Position numbers and translations under genes: made by a program. This document shows, piece after piece, positions 48,735 to 58,948 of a stretch of DNA of 64,000 nucleotides. The stretch is taken from positions 20,553-84,552 of the forward strand of contig MHBI01000065.1 of NCBI GenBank assembly GCA_001804815.1, given 5' to 3'. The stretch is from Lentisphaerae bacterium GWF2_50_93. Lineage in GTDB: Bacteria > Verrucomicrobiota > Lentisphaeria > Victivallales > GWF2-50-93. Each line of letters opens with the position of its first letter. Position 1 is the stretch's first letter. The notes under the pieces were generated by a model. The model was not told the DNA's origin and searched no databases. It saw nothing but the letters and a program-made list of their open reading frames with translations.

Positions 48735-50582
48735 ATGAAAACCGATGATTTCAAAAAAATCGTCCTTGTTGAAGCCGAAAGCTTTGATGATCCCGGCGGC
48801 TGGGTTGTCGACCAGCAGTTCATGGATGTCATGGGATCACCGTTCCTTCTCGCCCACGGCCTTGGAAAACCTGTGGCAAACGCCAGGAGCACGGTGAAAT
48901 TCAATTCTATTGGTAAATATCGGGTATGGATTCGTACTCGTGACTGGGTTCCCCCGTTCGGTCCAGGGAAATTCCGTCTCCACATCAATGGCAGTCCGCT
49001 TGAGAAGATATTTGGTGCGGATGGTGATGGCTCATGGCAGTGGCATGACTGCGGAACTGTTGGGATAAAGGATACTTCAGTAAAGCTGGAGCTTGAGGAT
49101 CTGACCGGTTTTGAAGGACGCTGTGACGCCATCCTATTTGCGAAATCCGCAGATTTCATTCCACCGAACAGTGGAGAAGAGATGATGGATTTCAGGCGCT
49201 GCCTGCTTGGACTTCCAGAAACTCCTCCAGATGCGGGAACTTTCGATCTAGTTGTTGCCGGTGGAGGTTATGCAGGCCTTTGCGCGGCGGTTTCCGCAGC
49301 GAGGATGGGATTGAAGGTGGCATTGATACACGACCGTCCAGTTCTTGGAGGGAATGCCTCTGGAGAGGTCAGGGTAGGGCCGATCGGAGGAATTGACGGT
49401 GGTTTATATCCGCACAATGCCGACATCATAAAGGAGCTTCACATGACCCCGCGTGGAATGGGCGGTTCCGGTGGAATAAGATCATGTCCGGACGATGATT
49501 TTGTGAAAGCCATCGTCAAGGCCGAAAATAACATTTCACTTTTCCTCGAAATGCATGTCTATCTGACGGAGATGAAGGATTCAAAAATCATCGCATTGCG
49601 CGCCCGTCACATAAGAAATTCAAAGGAATTGCGTTTTGCGGCTCCTCTGTTCGCCGACTGCACAGGCGACGCGTCTGTCGGGTATCTTGCAGGAGCGGAT
49701 TGGAGGATGGGGCGTGAGGGACGTGACCAGACTGGAGAAGCGCTAGCTCCGAAAAAAGGAGATGGGATGCTGATGGGAGTTTCAAATTTCTGGCTGGCAA
49801 ATCATACGGAACATACTGCATCATTTCCAGTCTGTCCCTGGGCTTTGCATATCACCGAGGAATCGGTCGATGTTTCTACGCCTAAGCATCCGCCGAAGTT
49901 CGGACAGTACGCCTATGCCGCCGGCTGGAACTGGGAGGCCGGATTCAATGACGACCAGATAAAAGATGCTGAACATGTCCGTGACCATAATTTCCGCGCC
50001 ATGTATGGCACCTGGGACTTCCTGAAGAACCGGAGCAATGACAGGAAACTTTATGAGAAGGCTGAATTCGGTTGGGCCGGATACATCATGGGCAAGCGGG
50101 ACACGCGCCGTCTCCTGGGCGATATCGTCCTGAGGCAGCAGGACATCATGAGACCAGAGATCTATCCGGATGCATGTGTGACGGCAACCTGGTATTTCGA
50201 CCTGCATTTCCCGCATCCTGGCAACACCCGTTTCTTTCCCGGACAGGAATTCCGTTCGTTGGCGTACGACGACCCAAATTTCGAATCGCTGCGCGGGGAC
50301 ATCGAAGGTTCCTATACGAAGATTGAGCCGTATCCGATCCCGTACCGCTGCTTTTATTCCCGGAACATTTCGAATCTCTTCATGGCTGGCCGGAATATAA
50401 GCGTAACGCACGTGGCGCTGGCGCCGGTAAGGGTCATGAACACGACCGCCATGATGGGAACGGTGGTGGGGAGGGCTGCGTATGCTTGCAGAAGATTGGA
50501 TGTAAGTCCAAGGGGACTATATGAAAGAAATTTGGAGGATCTGAAGAAGGTGTTGAGTGATCCTGAAGGATATGTATCATAA
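48735..50582 (+). CDS. FAD-dependent oxidoreductase (FAD_oxidored family) with N-terminal beta-sandwich domain
   Basis: VAGGGYAG, DRPVLGGNAS.E, FADCTGDA, KRDTRRLLG, IPYRCFYS.N..NLFMAGRNIS; start at 48735. Confidence 0.9.
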   Translation: MKTDDFKKIVLVEAESFDDPGGWVVDQQFMDVMGSPFLLAHGLGKPVANARSTVKFNSIGKYRVWIRTRDWVPPFGPGKFRLHINGSPLEKIFGADGDGSWQWHDCGTVGIKDTSVKLELEDLTGFEGRCDAILFAKSADFIPPNSGEEMMDFRRCLLGLPETPPDAGTFDLVVAGGGYAGLCAAVSAARMGLKVALIHDRPVLGGNASGEVRVGPIGGIDGGLYPHNADIIKELHMTPRGMGGSGGIRSCPDDDFVKAIVKAENNISLFLEMHVYLTEMKDSKIIALRARHIRNSKELRFAAPLFADCTGDASVGYLAGADWRMGREGRDQTGEALAPKKGDGMLMGVSNFWLANHTEHTASFPVCPWALHITEESVDVSTPKHPPKFGQYAYAAGWNWEAGFNDDQIKDAEHVRDHNFRAMYGTWDFLKNRSNDRKLYEKAEFGWAGYIMGKRDTRRLLGDIVLRQQDIMRPEIYPDACVTATWYFDLHFPHPGNTRFFPGQEFRSLAYDDPNFESLRGDIEGSYTKIEPYPIPYRCFYSRNISNLFMAGRNISVTHVALAPVRVMNTTAMMGTVVGRAAYACRRLDVSPRGLYERNLEDLKKVLSDPEGYVS

Positions 50583-50631
50583 GTAGGGCGGGTTTTAACC
50601 CGCCAACTGTCGGGATTAATCCCGACATACT
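50582..50631. repeat. REPIN-like doublet, family B
   Basis: AGTAGGGCGGGTTTTAACCCGCC-AACT-GTCGGGATTAATCCCGACATACT. Confidence 0.85.
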
Positions 50632-50644
50632 GTAAAGGAGGAAA

Positions 50645-52471
50645 ATGAAATCAAAGAAAAATACACTCTGGCTTTTGATCGCGGATTCAAAGCGCGATGA
50701 CCTGCACTGCGCCATCCCAAGCATCGCATGGATTGCGAAATCCGCAGGCGCTGAATTTGAATGCTATCTCGAATCGGAAAGGGACGGGTCCCTTTTTGCG
50801 CGGAACGGCAGCACGATAATCGGTGGATATCACCACCAGCAGTTCAATTATCTCAATGCTGCATTTGATGTGAAATACATTCTGCTGGGAGACACCTCCG
50901 TCTTCCGTTCGTCCATTGATGTCTTCGGAGGGGAAATAATCGTTGAATCGGATTCCCTGGTTGATGTGTATGATGCAGTTCTTTCGCATGCGGCAATCTC
51001 TTCAATTGATGCGGCTATATTTGCCGGTTCGGACATTGTGGAGATCAATGGAAACAAATTAGAGATAGGGCCGTACCTGTATCCGGAAATATGGTTCCGC
51101 AAGGCCCTGGCATTTCCAATTTCACTTGCGAATTCCGCAAAGAAGAAATTCAATATTGAAAAAATATCATTATTGTTTGTCGCTGATGATATTAAAAAAT
51201 CTTTGAAAAGGAGTTTTAAAGATTTTTTTGTCATAGATACCCTTCGGAAGGATGACAGCTACGGAAGCATTTCGCTGAGGATTGCGGAAAGATGGAAGCA
51301 TAAGGCGAAGGCTCTTGCGTTCGCTGATCCGGCCGCGGTCCATGCCCAGATTGCAACACTCTGCCGCGAGGACAGGATAGCCGTCTACGAGAATAAGAAC
51401 AAGATTCTTCCCAAGGACGTGGTCTATTCGGCCTATACTGAAGAGAAGACGAAGATAGCCGATGATGTCATAAGGCTTGCAGAAGAGATCGGTAACCGGG
51501 TGCTTGTCGGACGCCAGACGGGTGACGGGGATCTTTTTGCTTGGTCGAAGGCCGGACTGTGCCTGCAGATCATGGATCCGAACCGTCCGGCATTTCCAGT
51601 GGTGACAAATGTCCCGCACCGCTGGCATAAAGCAGGGAAAGGGATATGGGATGATGAGCCTGATGATGAAACTCTCCTCAAGTACGCGAAGGAAGGGAAG
51701 ATTCTTTCGACGCTGATGTGGCATTCCGGGGAGATGGCGCACAACGAGGCTATGCTCTCGCTCTTCGATCTTATTTTATTTACCGGCGTTAAGATGGGGT
51801 TCGGAGTGCATGCGGCAAGGTACGAGACTTGTCCGCAGATGTGGGAACTTCTATCGGTGCCAAAATCAAAAGGTGGCGTTCTCGGACATGCCGAACCTGT
51901 GCTCCATTCCGGCGGAATGGGAGTGCTCGCGGAAGTAAACTGTCCACCGAAGATACTCGGGGAACATTGCAAGGATTCGCTTTCCAGGATAAGAAGGATT
52001 GCGGGAGAATTTTCACCTAGGGGATATTACGCGTTCATGGACAGCGACCTGCCGACACTCTCATTTGTGAACAAAACTGTTTTCAAGGCGGTCAATGAGG
52101 CAGGTATGGAATATTTCATTTCCTCTGCGACGCCGGGCAGGAACCGGATAGTCCATAGAGGGAAAAGATTTACGGTCATAAATCAATCTTGCCGGGTAGT
52201 CCAGCCGGCATCCCCTTTCGTGAGGATCACTACTGCAGACGATCTTGAAACATATCCACATGCAAGACCGGGCTGGATGATAGGGACGCTTGATGCGCCG
52301 GTGATAGCATTTGCTCCTTATATATGGAAGCACGGCTCACGGTTCATGCAACTGATCGATAAAATAAAGAACAACTACGTAAACGTTCTGCCGAGGACGA
52401 TCGCCCGATATGCCAGGATCTTAGAGGAGAATGGATTCGTCAGGAAGGAATTAAGTAGGGACGGGCTTTAG
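50645..52471 (+). CDS. Hypothetical cytoplasmic protein
   Basis: 608 aa ORF, AGGAGG RBS, co-oriented with the oxidoreductase; His-rich motifs WHSGEMAHNE and EPVLHSGG. Confidence 0.8.
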   Translation: MKSKKNTLWLLIADSKRDDLHCAIPSIAWIAKSAGAEFECYLESERDGSLFARNGSTIIGGYHHQQFNYLNAAFDVKYILLGDTSVFRSSIDVFGGEIIVESDSLVDVYDAVLSHAAISSIDAAIFAGSDIVEINGNKLEIGPYLYPEIWFRKALAFPISLANSAKKKFNIEKISLLFVADDIKKSLKRSFKDFFVIDTLRKDDSYGSISLRIAERWKHKAKALAFADPAAVHAQIATLCREDRIAVYENKNKILPKDVVYSAYTEEKTKIADDVIRLAEEIGNRVLVGRQTGDGDLFAWSKAGLCLQIMDPNRPAFPVVTNVPHRWHKAGKGIWDDEPDDETLLKYAKEGKILSTLMWHSGEMAHNEAMLSLFDLILFTGVKMGFGVHAARYETCPQMWELLSVPKSKGGVLGHAEPVLHSGGMGVLAEVNCPPKILGEHCKDSLSRIRRIAGEFSPRGYYAFMDSDLPTLSFVNKTVFKAVNEAGMEYFISSATPGRNRIVHRGKRFTVINQSCRVVQPASPFVRITTADDLETYPHARPGWMIGTLDAPVIAFAPYIWKHGSRFMQLIDKIKNNYVNVLPRTIARYARILEENGFVRKELSRDGL

Positions 52472-52522
52472 CCTGTCCCATTCTTAGAAATTAAGATGGT
52501 GCATGCTAAAGCACGTACCTAC
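52455..52522. repeat. REPIN-like doublet, family A, overlapping the last codons of the upstream CDS
   Basis: GTAGGGACGGGCTTTAGCCTGTCCCAT ... ATGGTGCATGCTAAAGCACGTACCTAC. Confidence 0.8.
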
Positions 52523-52557
52523 TCCCAAAAAACTTCAAAAATTCTTCAGGATTGGTA

Positions 52558-52609
52558 TTGACAATGCCTGCTTCCTATATTAGGATACTGTTATAGAGCA
52601 GTATAACAG
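52558..52609 (+). promoter_or_regulatory. Sigma70 promoter and palindromic operator of the GntR-LacI/pilin operon
   Basis: TTGACA-17 nt-TAGGAT, followed by CTGTTATA-N6-TATAACAG (52588-52609). Confidence 0.75.
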
Positions 52610-52634
52610 ATGCGAATAAATAGGAGCTTCCAAT

Positions 52635-53762
52635 ATGAACGCCAGGTCAGCAACAATACATGAATCGGGAATACCTAAATACTACCGGCTCCAGGAGAAG
52701 ATATTTGGACTCATTAAAAGCGGGAAAATGAAGGTAGGAGACAAGCTGCCAGGGGAACGGGAGCTCGCCAAGCAATTCAATGTCGCGCATATGACCGCAA
52801 GACATGCGGTTCAGACTCTTGTAAACACAGGCGTCCTCCACAAGCAGCACGGAAAAGGAACTTTCATCTCCAACCTCAAGAAACTCTCCGTTTCGGAAAT
52901 TGAAGGCAAGGCTGTCAGCAAATCCGTGACAGTCGTTCTGCCTGCCGTTCCTAAAAGCCCGAAGATCACTGGCACATTCATGCGGTCTGGGATACTTGAG
53001 GCGGTCTGCGAGGCGATGTCGGAAGTAAATTATCAGGTCAACATCTCCTATTTCAACTATTCCGAGAAAACATCTCCGCTTGAAAGATGCATCAACAACG
53101 GTCCGGGCGGAGTGATCTTCTGGCACAATGAGACTCCGAAGAACCTTTTCATGCTCAAGGAGCTTAAAGAACGCGGAGTTCCGTTCGTACTCGTCAATAA
53201 TTACAGCAGTGAGCCTTATGATTATGTCGTGGCTGAGAACAGGGCTGGTGCCATGAAAATGGTAGAACATCTCCATGGACTCGGGCACAGGAAGATCGCA
53301 TACATTGACAAGGACGAGAATGCGACCAGTGTCAACGAAAGAAGATCCGGTTTCCTTGAAGGCATTAAAAAGCACAATCTGAGCGAGTCCGAGAATGTGA
53401 CCCTGAAATATGACTTTGCTGAGGATGACATGAGAAAATGCGTGAAGGATCTGGTTGACGGGAAATTTACTGCGATCTTCGCGCACAACGACATGGCAGC
53501 GATCTCGGTGATGGAGGTCTTGCGCGAGATGAAGATCAAGGTGCCGGACGAGATGAGCGTGGTTGGATACGACAACATCGACATGGCGCAGTTCCTGACA
53601 CCACCGCTTACGACTGTCCATCAGGATTTCCATGAGATGGGGAGGACGGCGGCAGAGATACTGCTCGGGAAAATGACAGGGAAATCCATGAGTGCTCGTG
53701 GTAAAGTCAAGATCGTGCCGGACTTGATTATAAGAGGATCAGCGGCAGCACCGAAAAAATAG
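52635..53762 (+). CDS. AraR-like regulator (GntR HTH plus LacI-type sugar-binding domain)
   Basis: [27 protein letters not shown]; [29 protein letters not shown]. Confidence 0.92.
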   Translation: MNARSATIHESGIPKYYRLQEKIFGLIKSGKMKVGDKLPGERELAKQFNVAHMTARHAVQTLVNTGVLHKQHGKGTFISNLKKLSVSEIEGKAVSKSVTVVLPAVPKSPKITGTFMRSGILEAVCEAMSEVNYQVNISYFNYSEKTSPLERCINNGPGGVIFWHNETPKNLFMLKELKERGVPFVLVNNYSSEPYDYVVAENRAGAMKMVEHLHGLGHRKIAYIDKDENATSVNERRSGFLEGIKKHNLSESENVTLKYDFAEDDMRKCVKDLVDGKFTAIFAHNDMAAISVMEVLREMKIKVPDEMSVVGYDNIDMAQFLTPPLTTVHQDFHEMGRTAAEILLGKMTGKSMSARGKVKIVPDLIIRGSAAAPKK

Positions 53763-53778
53763 CAGGGAGGCGGATGCT

Positions 53779-54453
53779 ATGAAAACGGATAAGAAGAAAT
53801 CTTTTACCCTGATTGAATTACTCGTCGTAATTGCGATCATCGCAATCCTTGCGGCGATGCTTTTGCCGGCGTTGAAGAACGCCAAGGACAAGGCACAGGC
53901 CGCGATCTGCATGAACAATCAGAAACAGCTTGGACTGGCTTTTTTAAGTTATGCCGCCGATTACAACTTCTATATGCCTCTGGGGACGCGTTCCTGGCAG
54001 CCATTCACCACTTGGGGACAGGCAAGTTTCTTCAATGATTATCTGAATGGTAAGGCGATCTGGAACGGGACACAGGTTACAAACAAATCAACAATTGCAA
54101 AGTCGAACGCCGGTTCACTCTACCACTGTCCGATGGGGCCTACAGCATGGACGGTCAATCAATTCGATGAGCTTTTAAGCTACCGCAGGAACTATCAGAC
54201 TGCGGAATATTGGGAAACGTGGTGCAAGGCTTCACGGATTACCGTGAAAAATCCCGATAGATGGGGAGTTCTTATTGAAGCTAGCTCTGTCTGGGATGAT
54301 GCATTTATTGACAAAAACGATATTTGGGTAAGCTACGGCCTGAACACCCGTCATTCAAAAGGGGCGAATGTCCTGTTCATAGACGGACATGCGCAGTGGA
54401 TCGGATACTTTGATTTCAAGGCAACTTATTTGAAGCTTTGCTGGGCGCAGTGA
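53779..54453 (+). CDS. Prepilin-type N-terminal cleavage/methylation protein with H-X9-DG motif (DUF1559-like)
   Basis: [27 protein letters not shown]....C.NNQKQ; [14 protein letters not shown]. Confidence 0.93.
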   Translation: MKTDKKKSFTLIELLVVIAIIAILAAMLLPALKNAKDKAQAAICMNNQKQLGLAFLSYAADYNFYMPLGTRSWQPFTTWGQASFFNDYLNGKAIWNGTQVTNKSTIAKSNAGSLYHCPMGPTAWTVNQFDELLSYRRNYQTAEYWETWCKASRITVKNPDRWGVLIEASSVWDDAFIDKNDIWVSYGLNTRHSKGANVLFIDGHAQWIGYFDFKATYLKLCWAQ

Positions 54454-54491
54454 AAAGACAAAATTCCATATTTAGCAGTGAGGCGATATTG

Positions 54492-55337
54492 ATGAAAAAA
54501 AATAAAATGAAATCATTCACCCTGATTGAATTGCCTGTAGTGAGTCCTTCGATTAAGCTCAGGACAGGTAGGGCAAAGTCGCAAGACTTTACCCTTATCG
54601 AACTTCTCGTGGTTATTGCAATCATCTCGATTCTTGCCGCATTGCTTCTGCCGGCGCTGAACAATGCCAAGAGCACTGCCAGGCAGGCGCTATGCCTCAG
54701 CAACCAGAAGCAGATCGGCCTATGGTTTGGAATTTATAATGATGATTATAACGACATTTTCCCTCCACGGAACAATCCTGTGGGTGGCTCGTCTTTTTGG
54801 TATAAGGCGATTTCTAATACGCCGATTAGCTTCATAGGGCTGGCGAATTTCAAAAACGCCAGCATCGATGGTATCGCCAGCATCTTCATGTGCCCTGAGG
54901 ATTCGCACAAAGCTGATGGTATACCCTGGTCTGGCGCTCCCAATAACACAGCTTGGGACGACGGCTACATCAGCATGGGTTACAACGCCCAGGGACTGGC
55001 GGGAGAAGGAGGCGCCTGGTTTGTCACAGGAGACTCCTCATATGGGAGACTGGCCCGTCTCAGAGAGCTCAAAAACCCGGCCGAAACTATCATTGTAGGC
55101 GACATGGCTAATAACGGTAACCCCAATGCTTTTGGCTATGATCAGATCGGGGGAAACACCGGGCATCCGGTCTACCCGAGGCACAACGGGAAGAGGATCT
55201 GCAACATCCTGTGGGGAGATGGGCACTCCAGTGGAGTCAGCACCCCGGGTGGTCCGGGTAGTTACAGTGCGCTTTACAGCATTGCGGTGTTTGGCCAACA
55301 TCCAACGACGGCAGACACAAAATGGGATCGGAAGTGA
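54492..55337 (+). CDS. Second prepilin-type H-X9-DG-like protein with duplicated FTLIEL motif
   Basis: [38 protein letters not shown]; [16 protein letters not shown]; GAGG RBS before the ATG at 54492. Confidence 0.92.
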   Translation: MKKNKMKSFTLIELPVVSPSIKLRTGRAKSQDFTLIELLVVIAIISILAALLLPALNNAKSTARQALCLSNQKQIGLWFGIYNDDYNDIFPPRNNPVGGSSFWYKAISNTPISFIGLANFKNASIDGIASIFMCPEDSHKADGIPWSGAPNNTAWDDGYISMGYNAQGLAGEGGAWFVTGDSSYGRLARLRELKNPAETIIVGDMANNGNPNAFGYDQIGGNTGHPVYPRHNGKRICNILWGDGHSSGVSTPGGPGSYSALYSIAVFGQHPTTADTKWDRK

Positions 55338-55421
55338 GAAAACAACCCATCGGCATAAGAAACTGAAGTAAGTATTTTAAACATTAAACTGTTATTAAAA
55401 AATAAAGAAAGGGATTTTTCA

Positions 55422-58400
55422 ATGTCAATAAAAATCAAAACAGGTCTTTCGATTGGGATCTCTGTTGCAATTTTAAGTCTGATGGGGATCGGCGTGTTCG
55501 CCGGTAACCCAGTTCCGATTGCAAATGGCGGATTCGAAAATGGCAAGGCATCGTGGTGGGGCGAAGGCGGATTTACGATTGTAAGCGAAGGCGCGACTGA
55601 AGGAAAGTCTTGCCTGAAGATAGCCGGAGGCTTCGCCTGCCAGGACAAGATCAAGGTTGAAGGCGGGAAGAAGTATAAGATCAGCATGAAGATTAAAAGT
55701 GAAGGCGCTCCTGAAGGTTCTGTGTTCGTCCAGATGAGCTATCGTGGGGAAGGGCTTGAGCCGAAATGGTATGGTCCGGCCAAGGCCAATGGAGAGGCTG
55801 CTCTGTTTTCAACCGGGGGCGCTCACGACTGGAAGGATTTCTCGGTTGTCGTAAATTCACCCAATGGTGCAAACCAGCTCTTGATATACCTGAGGAAAAA
55901 TGCGGGAAGCGCTGGTGTCGCGTATTATGACGATGTCAAGGCAGAGGAGACGGACGCTGAAGTGACCAAAGCTGTCAAGGCTGCAGGAGGCTCGGGAAAG
56001 ATTGTCAATAACGGGAATTTCGAATCCGGTAAGAGTGCCTGGTGGGGTGAAGGGGATTTTTCAACCATTAAGGAAAGCGCTGCCGAAGGAAAGTCATGTC
56101 TGAAGATAACCGGAGGTTTCGCCTGCCAGGACAAGATGCCGGTTGAAGAAGTGAAAAAATACCAGATCAGCATGAAGATTAAAAGCGAAGGAGCTCCTGA
56201 AAAATCAGTATTTGTACAGATGAGCTATCGTGGCGAAGGATGCTCCCCGGAATGGAGGGGGCCGGACAGGATAAAGAACGAGGTTGCTTTGTTCGTCACA
56301 GGAGGAACTCATGATTGGAAGACATTCTCCGCGGTTGTGAAAGCACCAAACGGTGCCGACCAGCTGCTTGTCTATCTCAGGAAACTTGCCAAGACCGATG
56401 GCATCGCCTACTATGACGATGTGAAGGTCGAAGAGACCGATAAGGAAGAGACGACTGCCGCAAAACTGCGCAGGGACGAACTCGCCAAGGAAATTATGAC
56501 TCAGCCGGTCGCAGATGAAAAACAGGCGGAGGCTTTGAAAAAAATAATAGCCGATGCATCTAAAACTGTAAAATCAGTGATTCTTGCCGAGGCAGGCAAG
56601 GCGGCATGCCATGTTCATGTCGGATACGATGAAGGCCTAATAGAACTTGCTTCGGCTTCCGAACTCGCAGAATATCTCAAGAAGATTTCCGGAGGAGATT
56701 TCAAGCCTCTTTCAAACGACAAGAATCCCCTGTCAGACCTGCCTCTCATCATCGTCGGACGCCATAACAAGCTGACGGAAAAGCTTTGTCCGGACATCCC
56801 GTATGACAAACTTGGCGCAGACGGGTTCGTCATACGCACTGTCGGTTCGAACATCGTAATTGCCGGAGCTACGTCCGGCGGAACCATGTATGGAGTGAAC
56901 TGGTTCCTGGATCACAAGCTGGGTGTCAAATGGCTCTCTCCTGACTACTCTTATGTGCCCTCGTCCAAGAAAGTAGAAGTGTTCTCTTTGAACGAAATAC
57001 AGGTTCCGCGCTTCAACTTTCGTCAAGTCCTGAGCGCGGAGGGAGACAGAAAACCGTTTGGTGCGCATAATTTGCTCAACGGAAATTCGCATGGAGCCCA
57101 GGGCATCTTGTCTCCTCTGGAAATCGATCATTGGGATAGTTCATGGCAAAAACCCGGTTTGACTGCAAGCTTTTATGACTTGGTGCCTGACCGTCCGGGT
57201 TTCCGATACGGCGGGCAGGTGGCGATGATGAATCCGGAAGTCCGGCAAGTCATAGCCGAAGGCATTATCAAACGGTTAAAAAATGTCCCAAATTACCAGA
57301 GCTACTGGTTTGGTTTGATGGACAATGACTGGGGCTGGGACATAGATCCGGCAAGCGCGGCGTTTGCGAAGGAACATGGAGGGGTGGCTTCGGCTGCAAA
57401 GACCGACCTGGCGATCGATGTGCTCCAGCGCGTTCGAAAAGTTCTTCCTAATGCGAAGATCGCATTTAACGCCTATCATTGGGGATTCAGTCCGCCCACT
57501 GGTCTGACTATACCGGAAGGACTGCTGGTCTATCCCATGACCATTCAACTCGACTACAGTACTCCGTTGAATAAGGGGAGGAATGAAAAGCTCGGCAAGG
57601 ATATCGAGGGATGGAATGCCGCGACCAAGGATATTCTCCTTTGGGATCACATTACCAACTTCAACGGCTACATCCAGCCGACACCGAACATTTATCCGAT
57701 CTGCGAAACGATTCGCTGGCTGTCCACGATGCCGAATATCCACGGTTATTTTGCCGAGGGAAGCTGGAACACCAGGAATGCGGAGTTTTCCTCCCTGCGT
57801 GTCTGGATCATGGGGCGGATGCTCTGGGATCCTGACACGGACTATAAGGCGGCCATCGCGGAGTATTGCGACGCCTATTACGGTCCGGCCGGGAAGTATG
57901 TCAAGCAATATATTGATCTGATGCATGAGAGTTCCGAGAAGACTCGTGCGGCAATCTGGGAAAAAACCAATATCGACAGTGCGATGCTGTCACTTGATTT
58001 TGTGAACAAAGCCGATGTCCTGATGGAAAAGGCACAGGCTGCGGTGGCATCTGATCCCGTGCTTCTCAAGCATGTGCTGGAGGTGCGTGTGAACGTGGAT
58101 TATGTGATTCTGGTGAGGCGCAAGGAATATCAGGACGAGGCCGCAAGTCAGAAGATCCAGTTCAACCTCGACTTTGCAAACCGGCTTGCACGTTTCAACC
58201 AGACGCTGAAAGACGAGGGCATCAAGGAGTATTATCAGGGCGGCAGAGTGGTGGATCTGGAGAAGCTCATAGCTATTGATCGCAAGGATTCGACACCTCC
58301 AGAGCTGGTTCGTGGTCTGCCAAAATCAGATTGGAAAGAGATCCAGGAAATTGGATTTAACAGGTACTATGGCAACACTATCGTGGTGCCGGACGATGCG

Positions 58401-58775
58401 GCGTCCGACGGAGCTGCGGCCCGCTTGGACGGGAAAGAGGGTGCACCGTTGATCCAGCTCAAGCACCATAAGCTGCCCGAAGAAGGACTCTGGGACATTT
58501 ACGCGGAAGTGCGGGTTGATGAAAATGGCGCAAATTCTGACGACATCGCTCTGGGCATCGGGACCATGCCTCCGCAGAGCAACTGTACTAATATAAAACT
58601 GAGCCAATTGAAGAACGGCGCCTATACGCTGTTCAAGGCTCCCGGCGGTCCATTCCGCTTTAATCAGGACGACCAGGCGGTCTCGTATATTCGTGGTGGA
58701 AATGCAAAGATCAAATACATCTACGTGGATCGATTTATCTTTGTGCGGATCCCTGAAAATGCAGTTCGAAAATAG
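55422..58775 (+). CDS. Exported protein with two tandem CBM4/9-like modules and a DUF4838-like catalytic region
   Basis: Signal peptide; two near-identical NG.FE.GK..WWGEG..YYDDVK modules; ASELAEYLKKISG, GTMYGV.WFL...LGVKW.SP, RMLWDP, YYGPAG. Confidence 0.82.
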   Translation: MSIKIKTGLSIGISVAILSLMGIGVFAGNPVPIANGGFENGKASWWGEGGFTIVSEGATEGKSCLKIAGGFACQDKIKVEGGKKYKISMKIKSEGAPEGSVFVQMSYRGEGLEPKWYGPAKANGEAALFSTGGAHDWKDFSVVVNSPNGANQLLIYLRKNAGSAGVAYYDDVKAEETDAEVTKAVKAAGGSGKIVNNGNFESGKSAWWGEGDFSTIKESAAEGKSCLKITGGFACQDKMPVEEVKKYQISMKIKSEGAPEKSVFVQMSYRGEGCSPEWRGPDRIKNEVALFVTGGTHDWKTFSAVVKAPNGADQLLVYLRKLAKTDGIAYYDDVKVEETDKEETTAAKLRRDELAKEIMTQPVADEKQAEALKKIIADASKTVKSVILAEAGKAACHVHVGYDEGLIELASASELAEYLKKISGGDFKPLSNDKNPLSDLPLIIVGRHNKLTEKLCPDIPYDKLGADGFVIRTVGSNIVIAGATSGGTMYGVNWFLDHKLGVKWLSPDYSYVPSSKKVEVFSLNEIQVPRFNFRQVLSAEGDRKPFGAHNLLNGNSHGAQGILSPLEIDHWDSSWQKPGLTASFYDLVPDRPGFRYGGQVAMMNPEVRQVIAEGIIKRLKNVPNYQSYWFGLMDNDWGWDIDPASAAFAKEHGGVASAAKTDLAIDVLQRVRKVLPNAKIAFNAYHWGFSPPTGLTIPEGLLVYPMTIQLDYSTPLNKGRNEKLGKDIEGWNAATKDILLWDHITNFNGYIQPTPNIYPICETIRWLSTMPNIHGYFAEGSWNTRNAEFSSLRVWIMGRMLWDPDTDYKAAIAEYCDAYYGPAGKYVKQYIDLMHESSEKTRAAIWEKTNIDSAMLSLDFVNKADVLMEKAQAAVASDPVLLKHVLEVRVNVDYVILVRRKEYQDEAASQKIQFNLDFANRLARFNQTLKDEGIKEYYQGGRVVDLEKLIAIDRKDSTPPELVRGLPKSDWKEIQEIGFNRYYGNTIVVPDDAASDGAAARLDGKEGAPLIQLKHHKLPEEGLWDIYAEVRVDENGANSDDIALGIGTMPPQSNCTNIKLSQLKNGAYTLFKAPGGPFRFNQDDQAVSYIRGGNAKIKYIYVDRFIFVRIPENAVRK

Positions 58776-58800
58776 GGCGAATCATATTTTAAATTTGTTT

Positions 58801-58906
58801 GTAGTCAAGCTCGTGAGAGCTGTTCTTTTCTTGGTTCTGAATTACTAAAATAAAGGAGGGTGGACATTCCTGTCCGCCAACTCGCGGGTTGGAAAACCCG
58901 CGCTCC
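58801..58906. repeat. Family C REP plus a GGAG-footed REP doublet
   Basis: GTAGTCAAGCTCGTGAGAGCTGTTC; GGAGGGTGGACATTCCTGTCCGCC..CGCGGGTTGGAAAACCCGCGCTCC. Confidence 0.7.
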
Positions 58907-58948
58907 TTTGAAACGAATGAAATACACAAATTAAATTTGGAGGATTAA

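Noticed and set aside
54570-54590. c-di-GMP-I (GEMM) riboswitch suggested by GGGCAAA and a GNRA hairpin
   Set aside because: The second stem and conserved downstream motif are missing, and it lies inside a coding region.
53779-55337. Diversity-generating retroelement or shufflon acting on the pilins
   Set aside because: No reverse transcriptase, recombinase or template/variable repeat pair is present in the window.
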